Part shown: in pieces, positions 8,058-17,144 of the stretch | Layout: every line of letters starts with the position of its first letter | How positions within the stretch are numbered: the first letter of the stretch is position 1 | Source: Candidatus Fraserbacteria bacterium | Lineage (GTDB): Bacteria > Bipolaricaulota > Bipolaricaulia > RBG-16-55-9 | DNA length: 28,534 bases | Direction: 5' to 3' | NCBI GenBank assembly: GCA_037442925.1 | Contig: JBBIPG010000028.1 | Coordinates: 1-28,534, forward strand | The notes under the pieces: model-generated | The model's database searches: none | What the model was told of the DNA's origin: nothing | The model's input: only the letters and a program-made list of their open reading frames with translations | Made by a program: the position numbers and the translations under genes

Positions 8058-10202
8058 ATGAGAGGTCGTACTGGCTTGGCTCCTCTACTTGGCTTGCTGC
8101 TATTATTATTGTCGCTGGTTGGTGATGGGCCGACGGTGGCGCAACAAGCGCCCACGTCCACCGTCTTCTTCACCCTGCAGCAAGGGACATTCAGTGCTAC
8201 CCTCTTGCCCGTAAGCAAAGCTCAAGATGTGGCTGGTTTTTACAACTACGCCAACTTCCAGTCGAATACGGCAGAAGGACTTGAAGCGAACGAGCGGAGT
8301 CTTCTCTTCGTTTACGAAGACACGGTAACAGGCTCCATGAGCCTCGTCGTGATTCACAGCCGCGCAGGTGGCGTGTCGGGTGGCAGCGTCATTTTCAGTT
8401 TTTCTGGCTTGCCGCAAGGGGTTCAATTCCAAGTGCAAGATGACCCAGATGACACGTACTCGCTGACGCCACCTACGGCGCAAGTCACATCGACCTGGCA
8501 GCCCGGGTTCAATGACGGGTATGCCATTGGACCGTTGTCACAAACGTTCGAAATTACCATCACGCCGCAATTCAACTCTGGGATCACAGACTGGGCGGCT
8601 CTGAGCGGTGGACTGCCCAACCCAGAAACGATCTTCATTCCCAGCCTGACAGAATCCATTGTACTGAGGGCTCAAGTGGGTGTGCCCCCGATGGCCGATT
8701 TCACGTTCAGTCCCGACTCTCCCGGCGTGGGCATCCCGATTACTTTCGATGCCAGAGCCTCACGCCCGGCACCCGGTCGACAGATCGTGCGCTACGAGTG
8801 GGATTTCGATGCCAACGGCATCTTTGAGATGAGCAGTGCCTCTCCCACGATCCAGCACACGTTCAACCAAATCGGTGAGGTCCGCGTGACGCTCAAAGTC
8901 GTGGACGATCAAGGAGTCAGTGCTACGATATCAAAGACCGTGCGGATCGTGGAAGTAAGTGCCCGATCTGTTCGAAACATCTCCACACCGGAAGCGGCTG
9001 TAGGGTTTACCTTCCGGGTGACCATCGAGATCCAAGTGGGTATGAATGCCAACGGTCTGGGGCTGGATGAGGATCTGCCTCCAGGCTTCGAGGTCACGCC
9101 AGTAGACAATGCAGGAGCGACCTTCAAGCGCGCCGAGACGCAGTGGGTCTGGGCGGAGATGATCCAGGCCAATGAGATCCGACGTGTCGTCTACGATGTG
9201 ACGATTAAGCCTGAGGCGGTACTTGGGCCGCTGCCTCGCCGCTTTGATATCAAAGGATCTCTCGAGAGCGCCTCACCTGCATTTCTTACGCCCATCAGTG
9301 GGGAATCACAGATCGACTTGGTCGATTGTCTCTCGGTGCCGGTGGCCATCGCACACCTGACGCCTCAGGACGTGGTGGATCTGCGCTTGGACGAGTTCAT
9401 CACAGCAGATCAACTCCAGAGAGCCGTCGCGTTCTGGCTGGAGGAAGCTGGGATCCCAGCTACCTGCAATGCGCTCATCACGTGGGAGATGCTCAAGAAC
9501 ATGGTAGCCCGTCAACTGGCGGGCATCCCGGTGGATGAGGTCATTCCGCCGAACGCCGGTCAGGGAGCGACCGTCACGCGCACGATTTTGACACCTCTAC
9601 CCTTTGCGCAGGTCTATCTCCCCGGCAACCACGCCGGACGGGTCTTCCGAGTCCGGATGGATATTGACGTTCTCACGGACTTGATGGGGTTTGGCGTCAA
9701 GGAGATCTTCCCGATACGCTGGGAGATCCGACCGCTCGAGAACTCCAACGCTGTCTTTAAGAAAGCCACCCGGGAATGGGTGTTCACGGAGAGGCTCATG
9801 CCCAACTTTGACAAGACGATCATCTACGAAGTCGTCGTGCCCGAGGGCGAGAGCACCGGCGTTGTCCGCTTCCAGGGCCAAAGCCAAGGGATCATGCCTC
9901 GCTTTGAGGTACCCACCGGCGGAGACACCGAAGTAGAACTGGTCGAGTGCCTGTCGGTGCCCGTGGCCGTGGCGCACCTGGACACCCGTCAGAACACGAT
10001 TGACGTGATGCTCTCGAACCTCATCAAGTTTGATCAGATCCAGGCAGCGATTGCCTTCTGGTTAGAAGACGTGACCGTCCCGGGAACCTGTGGGCTGACC
10101 ATCGACTTCGAGGTGATGAAGGTCTTGATCGCCCATTGGCTGACGGACACTCCTGTGGATCAACCGCTGCCGGGTGGGGCGGCATTGCCTCCAGGCCGAT
10201 GA
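8058..10202 (+). CDS. Secreted protein: N-terminal beta domain, PKD domain, 2 x (beta-sandwich + dockerin-like helical module)
   Basis: ORF 7950..10202. AAGGAGG SD favours the ATG at 8058, which gives a signal peptide (MRGRTGLAPLLGLLLLLLSLVG...AQ). PKD motif ADFTFSP..ITFDA..YEWDFD..G..VTLKVVD. Internal duplication at ~8960-9550 and ~9570-10175. Confidence 0.85.
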   Translation: MRGRTGLAPLLGLLLLLLSLVGDGPTVAQQAPTSTVFFTLQQGTFSATLLPVSKAQDVAGFYNYANFQSNTAEGLEANERSLLFVYEDTVTGSMSLVVIHSRAGGVSGGSVIFSFSGLPQGVQFQVQDDPDDTYSLTPPTAQVTSTWQPGFNDGYAIGPLSQTFEITITPQFNSGITDWAALSGGLPNPETIFIPSLTESIVLRAQVGVPPMADFTFSPDSPGVGIPITFDARASRPAPGRQIVRYEWDFDANGIFEMSSASPTIQHTFNQIGEVRVTLKVVDDQGVSATISKTVRIVEVSARSVRNISTPEAAVGFTFRVTIEIQVGMNANGLGLDEDLPPGFEVTPVDNAGATFKRAETQWVWAEMIQANEIRRVVYDVTIKPEAVLGPLPRRFDIKGSLESASPAFLTPISGESQIDLVDCLSVPVAIAHLTPQDVVDLRLDEFITADQLQRAVAFWLEEAGIPATCNALITWEMLKNMVARQLAGIPVDEVIPPNAGQGATVTRTILTPLPFAQVYLPGNHAGRVFRVRMDIDVLTDLMGFGVKEIFPIRWEIRPLENSNAVFKKATREWVFTERLMPNFDKTIIYEVVVPEGESTGVVRFQGQSQGIMPRFEVPTGGDTEVELVECLSVPVAVAHLDTRQNTIDVMLSNLIKFDQIQAAIAFWLEDVTVPGTCGLTIDFEVMKVLIAHWLTDTPVDQPLPGGAALPPGR

Positions 10203-10265
10203 AGTAAAGAAAGCAAACCATCGTAAGGCAGGAGATAAGGAGCGATGGAATTAAGGAGGGCGAAA

Positions 10266-12188
10266 ATGCTCATGGCTAGAGTGTATGAGCGATCAGCAGT
10301 GGCCCTTGTGGCAGCGCTCATGGTGGTGGGAGCAACCGGACTGATTGGCTACGATCAAGGGTTCTCGACGCTCGGCATCAGCCAGACGGTCGAACCCCAA
10401 CGCATCTTCCTCAAGGGTTCTGGGGCTGATCCGCAGACGGCCACGGTGACGATACAGCTACAGGCTCCTCGGAGCGCCGAACGTTTGATGACCGATCTGA
10501 TCTTGGTGGTGGATCGCTCAGCCAGCTTTGAGTTGGATCAAGCGGCAACCGCTGCGCGACGGATCATTGATCTTTTGGGTCCAGATGACCGAGTTGGTCT
10601 CGTTTCCTTCGCGACGGAAGCCACGCTCGATGCTCGGCTCACCCCCATTGCCGAAGCCCAGGTGGTTCGCGATGCTCTCGCCAGGCTGACAACCGAAGGG
10701 AAGACAGCTCTCGGAGAGGGAATCGCCGTAGCCACGGATGAACTCGTCGTCTCCGGTCGCCGAGATGCCGCACTGATCCAGATTCTCCTTACGGATGGCC
10801 GCAGCAACTTTGGACGAGATCCCGTGGAGGAGGCCCGGAAAGCGAATGAGCGAGCGGTGGTCATTTACTCCGTCGGGATTGGCCGATTCGTCCATCGCGA
10901 TCTGCTCAAGCAGATTGCCGAGATGACGGGTGGTCAGTTCTTCCCGGCTTTCAACGACGCGATTGTCGATCAGATCCTTCGAGTCACGGTGCCTGCCAAC
11001 GAACCGACTGCAAGGGATATTGAGGTCGTCGAGACTCTATCGAACAATCTCAACTACGAAGAAGCACTGGAGAACGCGCCCACACAAGTCACTCGGAACG
11101 CCGATGGCACAACGACGCTCAAGTGGCAAAGAGACGCACTGCAGCCAGCGGAGATCTGGACGATTCGCTACACGGTGAGTGGGGCGCAGGAAGGGCTCAT
11201 CGCACTCCACCGATCTCCTTCCTTCGTTCGTTTCACGGATTTCCGCAATCGAGAGTTCCAGACAGACTTGCCGTTGGGGCTTGTAGTCGAAGTGCGCCCC
11301 CGTGCTGGGGTCGTCACGGCGGCTTTCAGCTTCTCGCCTCGGAACCCGACCAGCTTTGATGAGATCACCTTCACGGACAAGTCCAGGGTCGAGCGCGGGG
11401 ACATCACTCGCTGGCTGTGGGAGTTTGGTGATGGCACGACCTCGATAGAGCAACACCCTCGCCATCGCTACGCTGCGGATGGCCAATATCGCGTGAAGCT
11501 CACGGTCAGAAGCGATGAGGGTGTGGAGGCTTCCAGTAGCTCCATCATCACGGTCTTCACACCGGAGGTGACGGTCCGCCGCTCCATCGATACGTTCATT
11601 CCTCTCGACCAGAGCATCCCGGGTCAAACCTTCCAGGTCACTCTGGATATTCAAGTTACCAAGAGACTCACAGGTTTGGGCGTGGATGAGAACGTCCCCT
11701 CGGGTTGGACGGTCAAGTCGATAGAGAACTCCACCGCTGACCTGCGTCTAGAGGATACGCAGTGGCTCTTCAGCGAGGTCTTGGAACCGGGCACGGCCAA
11801 GAGGATCGTGTACGAAGTCACGGTACCTGCGTCTAGTAGAGCCGGGATCTTCCGCATCGATGGAACAGCCAGCAGCGCTCTGCCGGAGCTGAACCTTCCG
11901 GTGACCGGGGACAGTGAGATCGAAATCCTCTCCGGCTTTTCGATCCCGGTGGCGGTAGCCCACTGGAATGTCAGCAACCAGACTCTCGATCTAAAGGGAT
12001 TCCCCACACACAAGATCGATCTCAATCAGATCCTGCGCGCCATCTCGTGGTGGCGTGAGGGCAGCGATGTCCCCTCGACAGAGAGCGAGACCGGCCAGAG
12101 GCAGAAGATCGATTTCAAGACGATGCAGTCCCTGGTGGCCTACTGGCTGACAGACACATCGGTATTCGACCCGCTGCCCCAGGAGTAG
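10266..12188 (+). CDS. Secreted vWA + PKD + beta-sandwich + dockerin-like module protein
   Basis: TAAGGAGG SD before the ATG at 10266; hydrophobic N-terminus. vWA MIDAS DRSAS...T...LLTDG, PKD WLWEFGDG, and a C-terminal module shared with the upstream gene. Confidence 0.88.
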   Translation: MLMARVYERSAVALVAALMVVGATGLIGYDQGFSTLGISQTVEPQRIFLKGSGADPQTATVTIQLQAPRSAERLMTDLILVVDRSASFELDQAATAARRIIDLLGPDDRVGLVSFATEATLDARLTPIAEAQVVRDALARLTTEGKTALGEGIAVATDELVVSGRRDAALIQILLTDGRSNFGRDPVEEARKANERAVVIYSVGIGRFVHRDLLKQIAEMTGGQFFPAFNDAIVDQILRVTVPANEPTARDIEVVETLSNNLNYEEALENAPTQVTRNADGTTTLKWQRDALQPAEIWTIRYTVSGAQEGLIALHRSPSFVRFTDFRNREFQTDLPLGLVVEVRPRAGVVTAAFSFSPRNPTSFDEITFTDKSRVERGDITRWLWEFGDGTTSIEQHPRHRYAADGQYRVKLTVRSDEGVEASSSSIITVFTPEVTVRRSIDTFIPLDQSIPGQTFQVTLDIQVTKRLTGLGVDENVPSGWTVKSIENSTADLRLEDTQWLFSEVLEPGTAKRIVYEVTVPASSRAGIFRIDGTASSALPELNLPVTGDSEIEILSGFSIPVAVAHWNVSNQTLDLKGFPTHKIDLNQILRAISWWREGSDVPSTESETGQRQKIDFKTMQSLVAYWLTDTSVFDPLPQE

Positions 12189-12226
12189 CATCTTTCATCG
12201 AATTGAGTGCAAAGGAGCTGTGACCA

Positions 12227-12943
12227 GTGATGAAGCGGCATCTACTCGTGACTGTTGTGGGGTATCTGGGGCTTCTCTATGGAGCTCTCATGCATGGTGA
12301 AGCCGCGCCTCTTGCGGAGTTCGTCTTCTCTCCTGCGGAGGTGGATGTTAACACGGAGGTGACATTCGATGCCGGAGCCTCTCGCTCGGAGGCTGGGCGC
12401 ATCATGCGCTACGAGTGGGACTTCAATGGAGATGGCCAGTATGAGGAGAGCCTGGAAGAGTCGAAGATCGTTCATCTATTTGATGAGAGCGGGTCTTGGA
12501 ATGTGACGCTTCGGGTCACGGACCAAGCCGGCCAGCAGATGACGGTTTCCAAGACGATCTTCGTGCGCTCCGCTGTCGTGATGGTCCGTCGGGTGATCAG
12601 CGGCCCGATTGCGCCCAATCGCGTCCCTGCCGGAAGCGCCTTTCAGGTGACGGTGACGATCAAGATCAACCAGACGGTGAATGGTTTGGGTTTGGATGAG
12701 GACGTCCCGCAAGGCTGGAGGGTAAGCTCGGCCGAGGGTGCGGGAGCGGTTTTCAAGAGTTCTGAGGCCCAATGGCTCTGGTTTCAGACGCTCAATCCCG
12801 GTGACACGCTCAAGGTGGTTTACAGTGTGACGGTGCCTTCGGGCACGTCGGCTGGCGCGTTTGAGCTTGCGGGAATCGTGAGTAGCTTTTCGCCCAGGTT
12901 CGAGATCTCTGTCCCTGGGGATCGGGAGGTTCGGGTCATTTAG
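12227..12943 (+). CDS. Secreted PKD + beta-sandwich protein
   Basis: Signal peptide; PKD YEWDFNGDG; beta-sandwich GLGLDEDVPQGW...QWLW...YSVTVP shared with the two upstream genes; no helical tail. Confidence 0.88.
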   Translation: MMKRHLLVTVVGYLGLLYGALMHGEAAPLAEFVFSPAEVDVNTEVTFDAGASRSEAGRIMRYEWDFNGDGQYEESLEESKIVHLFDESGSWNVTLRVTDQAGQQMTVSKTIFVRSAVVMVRRVISGPIAPNRVPAGSAFQVTVTIKINQTVNGLGLDEDVPQGWRVSSAEGAGAVFKSSEAQWLWFQTLNPGDTLKVVYSVTVPSGTSAGAFELAGIVSSFSPRFEISVPGDREVRVI

Positions 12944-12954
12944 GGCACTATCGC

Positions 12955-13929
12955 TCAAGGATTCTTGATGAAACCTGGAGGCCAAGGATATTCATCTAAT
13001 GCCGGACAAAGGTCGGCTTTGCTATTGAAAGCAAACTCGTTGTCCGCACCGCTGATAAAGCCCTCTAGTTTGAGTTCCGGCGCTGGGTCCAGAATGCAAG
13101 GAGGAATCGCCAGAGAAATACCCATCTCATTCTCTACAAAGCGATTTCTCTGGAAGTCCGCCACAGCCTTACCACCCAAGGAGACTCCCACGATATGACC
13201 TTCAATCAGATTCTCTACGAAATCGTATCGTCCACCCAGAGCAAGTACGCCGACTGTCCTTCGGCTCCTAGGCCCTTGGCTGATGCGATTCCTCTCAAAC
13301 CGGGCTTTGATATCTTGAAGAGTTGCTACACCAAAGCTCGTGCTGCCGGATTCCAAACTCACAAAGATCTGGTTGTCCTGCACGATCAGTTGGCTGCCAT
13401 CCTCCGCATAAATAAACCCTGACTCTGATCGGATGTCATTCCCTTGGAGGGTCAGCTGAGTTTTTCCCTGCATATAGATTGCTGTCCATCGTGTTGTTAA
13501 TGCACTGTTGCGCAGGAGAACTCTCAGCTGTTCCGGGTTGCCTTCAGGAGGACCCTGAATCGTGAAGCCTCCTTGGATCGAGAGATCCTCTAAGTTGATG
13601 CTGATGGGACGACTGGCACTTCGGATTGCGAGTAGAGTTCCTCCCTGGAAAGCATAGATGATTGTGGCGATGACCACAGGGTCCGAGCCTCGAGTACCCC
13701 GGATGGTTAAGCTTTTGTCGATGACAATGGGGAGTTCATAGAATACCCCTGAGCCAAGTTGAAGGGTAGCACCTTCGGGAGCGCTCTCGATTGCTTGGCC
13801 GAGGAGACGAAAGCAGCCATTTGCATCAGAGCAACTAACCTGAATGACTGCTCTGCTTTCCTGGCTTGCTCCTAGTGATGTCAGCACGGCCAGACATCCG
13901 ATGACGAACAATAATCTATGGAGCTTCAT
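12955..13929 (-). CDS. Secreted right-handed beta-helix (pectin-lyase-like fold) protein 3
   Basis: GGAGG SD; signal peptide; QAIESAPEGATLQLGSGVFYE cap; N.I..N repeats; C-terminus LCPALDEYPWPPGFIKNP. Confidence 0.85.
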   Translation of the reverse strand: MKLHRLLFVIGCLAVLTSLGASQESRAVIQVSCSDANGCFRLLGQAIESAPEGATLQLGSGVFYELPIVIDKSLTIRGTRGSDPVVIATIIYAFQGGTLLAIRSASRPISINLEDLSIQGGFTIQGPPEGNPEQLRVLLRNSALTTRWTAIYMQGKTQLTLQGNDIRSESGFIYAEDGSQLIVQDNQIFVSLESGSTSFGVATLQDIKARFERNRISQGPRSRRTVGVLALGGRYDFVENLIEGHIVGVSLGGKAVADFQRNRFVENEMGISLAIPPCILDPAPELKLEGFISGADNEFAFNSKADLCPALDEYPWPPGFIKNP

Positions 13930-13961
13930 GGCCTACCTCCGTCACTGCGTATCCATTCTCT

Positions 13962-15803
13962 TCATTCTACAAGACATATCGGACCCTCACATGCAGCTAC
14001 TGGGCTAATTCCCACCTTTTCTGTCGATGAGTTGTATGACTGTTGCTCGATCACTTCCTGAGCTGGGCAGGTAGTAGACTGGTTTTGCTGCAAGCATGCA
14101 GCACGAAGTGCCGATCCATTGCGTCGAGCTTCCTCACACGCCGCCTGAGTTCCAATGCACTGATACTTGATCTGCCCGTTTTCGATCCATGAGATGATTA
14201 TGGGGATCGCACTATTTCCAAAGTTTTCTTGTAAGGCAGCGATTACTGAATCTACGCCTTGAGCTCCTGGGTGAGTGAAGGCAAAGGTCACTAACCCTTT
14301 GTCCCCATGACCGGAATTCACGTAATTTGGCAAGACGCCCAAAGCTGTACGCACCCACTCCACGATTTCAGCTGCTTTGGCAGAGCAATCTTGACAATGA
14401 TCACCGCCTGCTACAACCGCAACCTTTCGCGCAGGAGCATTCGGTGCCGCTAGCACGGACGGGTAGTATACCAGTACAGCTCCCCACCAGGTGCCATAGG
14501 GATAAGTCTTTTTCTGAAGGCCGAAGAAAAACCAGCGGCTACCGTCGAGGCCTGGAGACTGAGTCACCGCGTTTCCTGCGATTAAGATCGTGCTAAACAC
14601 TCGTTCCGCACGATACCGCAGCTGCTCTTCGTTCGTGGCGTTAGTCATCCAAGACATGATCCCCCAAACCGATACCCAATCGTCAGCAGCTGCATTGAAA
14701 CACACATTGGGATCCGCTTCTGACAGACAGACTGGATATGTAACCTCCCATACATGGAAGATCAAGTCACGGACCGCTTTTGCATGCTGCACTGCCTCTT
14801 CACGACCGAAGGTGTCTCGCATTACAGCGAAGGCGTCAGTCCAACTTTGTATAAACGCATCGATACAAGCGTAAGGTCCTAAACACGTCGTCACTTCGAC
14901 GAATGTGTTTATCGCCTCCGCCAAGCCCTGCAACTCTCCACACCCAGGTGCGAATCCACAGATTGAGTACAGGAATTGCTGAAATGCGTATTTATCCCGC
15001 AGGAGTTCACGAACGGCATCCCGCAAGTCATCAAACTCCAGAAACCCCGATTGTAAGGTGATGTGGGCTGGCCATTGCGACGCTGCCTGGCGTATGAGAT
15101 CCTTAGCCTGATTGCGATCATCCGACTGCAAAAGGTCGAGGACAGCCCGCTCCAGTTTGTCTGATCCTTCAGCAAGTAAGCGATTGTACTCTTCTTCGAA
15201 GCGTCCCTGGCTGATAGCCTCTCGTAAGGTGAGCATCCACTCATCCAACTTTGAGCTACTATCCCCCAACGTTCGCAGGAATTGTGTCAAAGCCGGATCC
15301 AGTTCCTCGTGAGGTACACTTAAAGCCTTGCTTGCTACCGCCCACATCTCTTGTAGTGTGTTCTCATCGACTTCAGATAGACCGCCTAAGAGTAGATCAT
15401 AATCTCGGTTCTTGTCCCAAGCTCCAATAACGCCATACGTCCCGTTTCCGACTCTAGCAGCCCCTGCCACGTTATACGCCTTGAGCATGTTCTCCGCAAC
15501 CTTGCCACTCTCCACCTGCTTTCTATACCACTGCTTCCAGGAGCCCTGGCACAGCGTCCTCTGCAGTGTCGTTATTTTGCTATAGTACTGATACGGACAG
15601 TACGAGAAGGCATCCGGTAACTCGCTTCCCGGCTTGACTGCGGGCTTCGGAGGTGGCTGTGGGGTCGGAGGTTGGGGCTTGGGCGCGGGCAGTTGGGGTG
15701 CAGGCGGATTGGGTTCCGGTTGTATGATAGGCAGCTCGTTCAACTCCACCGGCAGCACTTGCCACTGGGCTCGATTGCTCACCGGATTGAGTTGTCTTTG
15801 CAC
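13962..15803 (-). CDS. Headless paralog of the 18581-19936 domain: Pro-rich linker, YCPY/WYRKQ module, helical region, PT-TG-like motif, degenerate nuclease-like fold
   Basis: 613-aa ORF with a GTG start, weak SD and no signal peptide. Shares GSxL..xFxYCPY...LC...WYRKQxESGxV and the terminal CxxxxCL with 18581-19936. Confidence 0.75.
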   Translation of the reverse strand: MQRQLNPVSNRAQWQVLPVELNELPIIQPEPNPPAPQLPAPKPQPPTPQPPPKPAVKPGSELPDAFSYCPYQYYSKITTLQRTLCQGSWKQWYRKQVESGKVAENMLKAYNVAGAARVGNGTYGVIGAWDKNRDYDLLLGGLSEVDENTLQEMWAVASKALSVPHEELDPALTQFLRTLGDSSSKLDEWMLTLREAISQGRFEEEYNRLLAEGSDKLERAVLDLLQSDDRNQAKDLIRQAASQWPAHITLQSGFLEFDDLRDAVRELLRDKYAFQQFLYSICGFAPGCGELQGLAEAINTFVEVTTCLGPYACIDAFIQSWTDAFAVMRDTFGREEAVQHAKAVRDLIFHVWEVTYPVCLSEADPNVCFNAAADDWVSVWGIMSWMTNATNEEQLRYRAERVFSTILIAGNAVTQSPGLDGSRWFFFGLQKKTYPYGTWWGAVLVYYPSVLAAPNAPARKVAVVAGGDHCQDCSAKAAEIVEWVRTALGVLPNYVNSGHGDKGLVTFAFTHPGAQGVDSVIAALQENFGNSAIPIIISWIENGQIKYQCIGTQAACEEARRNGSALRAACLQQNQSTTCPAQEVIEQQSYNSSTEKVGISPVAACEGPICLVE

Positions 15804-15826
15804 CTTTTGATCCAGATTGAAGCGGT

Positions 15827-17122
15827 TTAAGGCTTCTTGATGAAGTCCGGCGGCCAGTTGTAGTCCTCGGGACAGAGATCTCCTCTGCCGTTATCTCGGA
15901 TCTCGTTGTCTATACCTTGTATGACCCCCCCCGTATCAACAGGCGCCTCGAAACAAGGAGGTTGCAGCCAGGCCACACCCCAGCCTTCGTTTTCGATAAT
16001 GCGATTGTCATCAAGTTGAGCCGGATTGGCTGCAACCACCACAATGCCATGTTGATTCTTACTAATTAGAGCTCTTTGTATTTGTATTGCCCCTGAAAGA
16101 ACTGTTATGCCAGTTCCTAAGGTAATTATACCTATCGCTGCTGCCTCTACTCCGCGACTAGCATTCTCTTGAAGGGTAGAGTCTTGCAATCGAATCGTGG
16201 CTTCTTCATCCCCCAAGAAGATAGCACCATCTCCATTTCCGACAACCATAAGCTGAGCGAGATTGATAGAGCTTTGCATCCTTGCCTCTATTTCAATACC
16301 AGCGGCGAAATTGTGCATAAAGTAAGATCTGGAAATCGTGAGTTTGACATTAGATCCTCTCCAAGACATCCCCGTGAAATTGCCGGAAAACGTGCTTCCA
16401 CTAATGTCGATCTCGCTCCCTACGCCGGATATAAAAAGCCCATGGCTTCCGTTGCCAGAAATTGTGGTATTCTTGATAAAGATAGCTTCACCCTCAGCAC
16501 AACCCCAGTCCATTCCTGACCCCCTGTTATTAGCGATGCGTGAGTGCACCATAGTGAGCTGCACAGCTGACCCCTCAAATCCAGGTCGGCTGCAGACTAA
16601 ACCTGACCCGTAGCTCTCAATAATCTGCGAATCCACCAGAGTAAGAGCAAGTGCCCCTTGGCCTCGGACTACTAGCCCATTGGGACAGATCTGCTCCCAG
16701 CTTGCACCGGATGCGTTGAAGCAGGCTTCTTCAGCGCTAGCGGGAGGAGCCCCTGCGATCGTCAGCCCATCGAGCAGCAGCTTAAGCTCCCCTGCCACTT
16801 GTAGGGTGATGACCGGCTTGCCCGCTTCGACTCCTTGCAGGCGCACCAGGTCGCGTCCTGCCCCCACCAGTCGCAGGTTCTTGCTGATCACTAGGGTCTC
16901 GCTGTAGGTTCCCGATTGAATCTGGATGAGATCTCCCGGGTTGGCCTGCGCAACGGCCTCTTGGATCTTCGAGAATTGGCATAGAGGAGGCCCTTGCGGG
17001 CAGACCGACCAGACAGCCGGCAGCGTCGCTTCTTGCTGTGCGCCCCCAGAAAGGGACCATGAGGGGGCATTCACTCCAGCGAAGGACATCAGTAGTATAA
17101 GAGTCAGCTTAAGGTGGCGCAT
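15827..17122 (-). CDS. Secreted right-handed beta-helix protein 2
   Basis: Start moved to the ATG at 17122 (MRHLKLTLILLMSFAG... signal peptide) to avoid overlapping the upstream gene. IQEAVAQANPGDLIQIQSGTYSE cap; ISGN/NxGxG repeats; C-terminus LCPEDYNWPPDFIKKP. Confidence 0.85.
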   Translation of the reverse strand: MRHLKLTLILLMSFAGVNAPSWSLSGGAQQEATLPAVWSVCPQGPPLCQFSKIQEAVAQANPGDLIQIQSGTYSETLVISKNLRLVGAGRDLVRLQGVEAGKPVITLQVAGELKLLLDGLTIAGAPPASAEEACFNASGASWEQICPNGLVVRGQGALALTLVDSQIIESYGSGLVCSRPGFEGSAVQLTMVHSRIANNRGSGMDWGCAEGEAIFIKNTTISGNGSHGLFISGVGSEIDISGSTFSGNFTGMSWRGSNVKLTISRSYFMHNFAAGIEIEARMQSSINLAQLMVVGNGDGAIFLGDEEATIRLQDSTLQENASRGVEAAAIGIITLGTGITVLSGAIQIQRALISKNQHGIVVVAANPAQLDDNRIIENEGWGVAWLQPPCFEAPVDTGGVIQGIDNEIRDNGRGDLCPEDYNWPPDFIKKP

Positions 17123-17144
17123 CCTTCGAGCTCTGACTGTAGAT

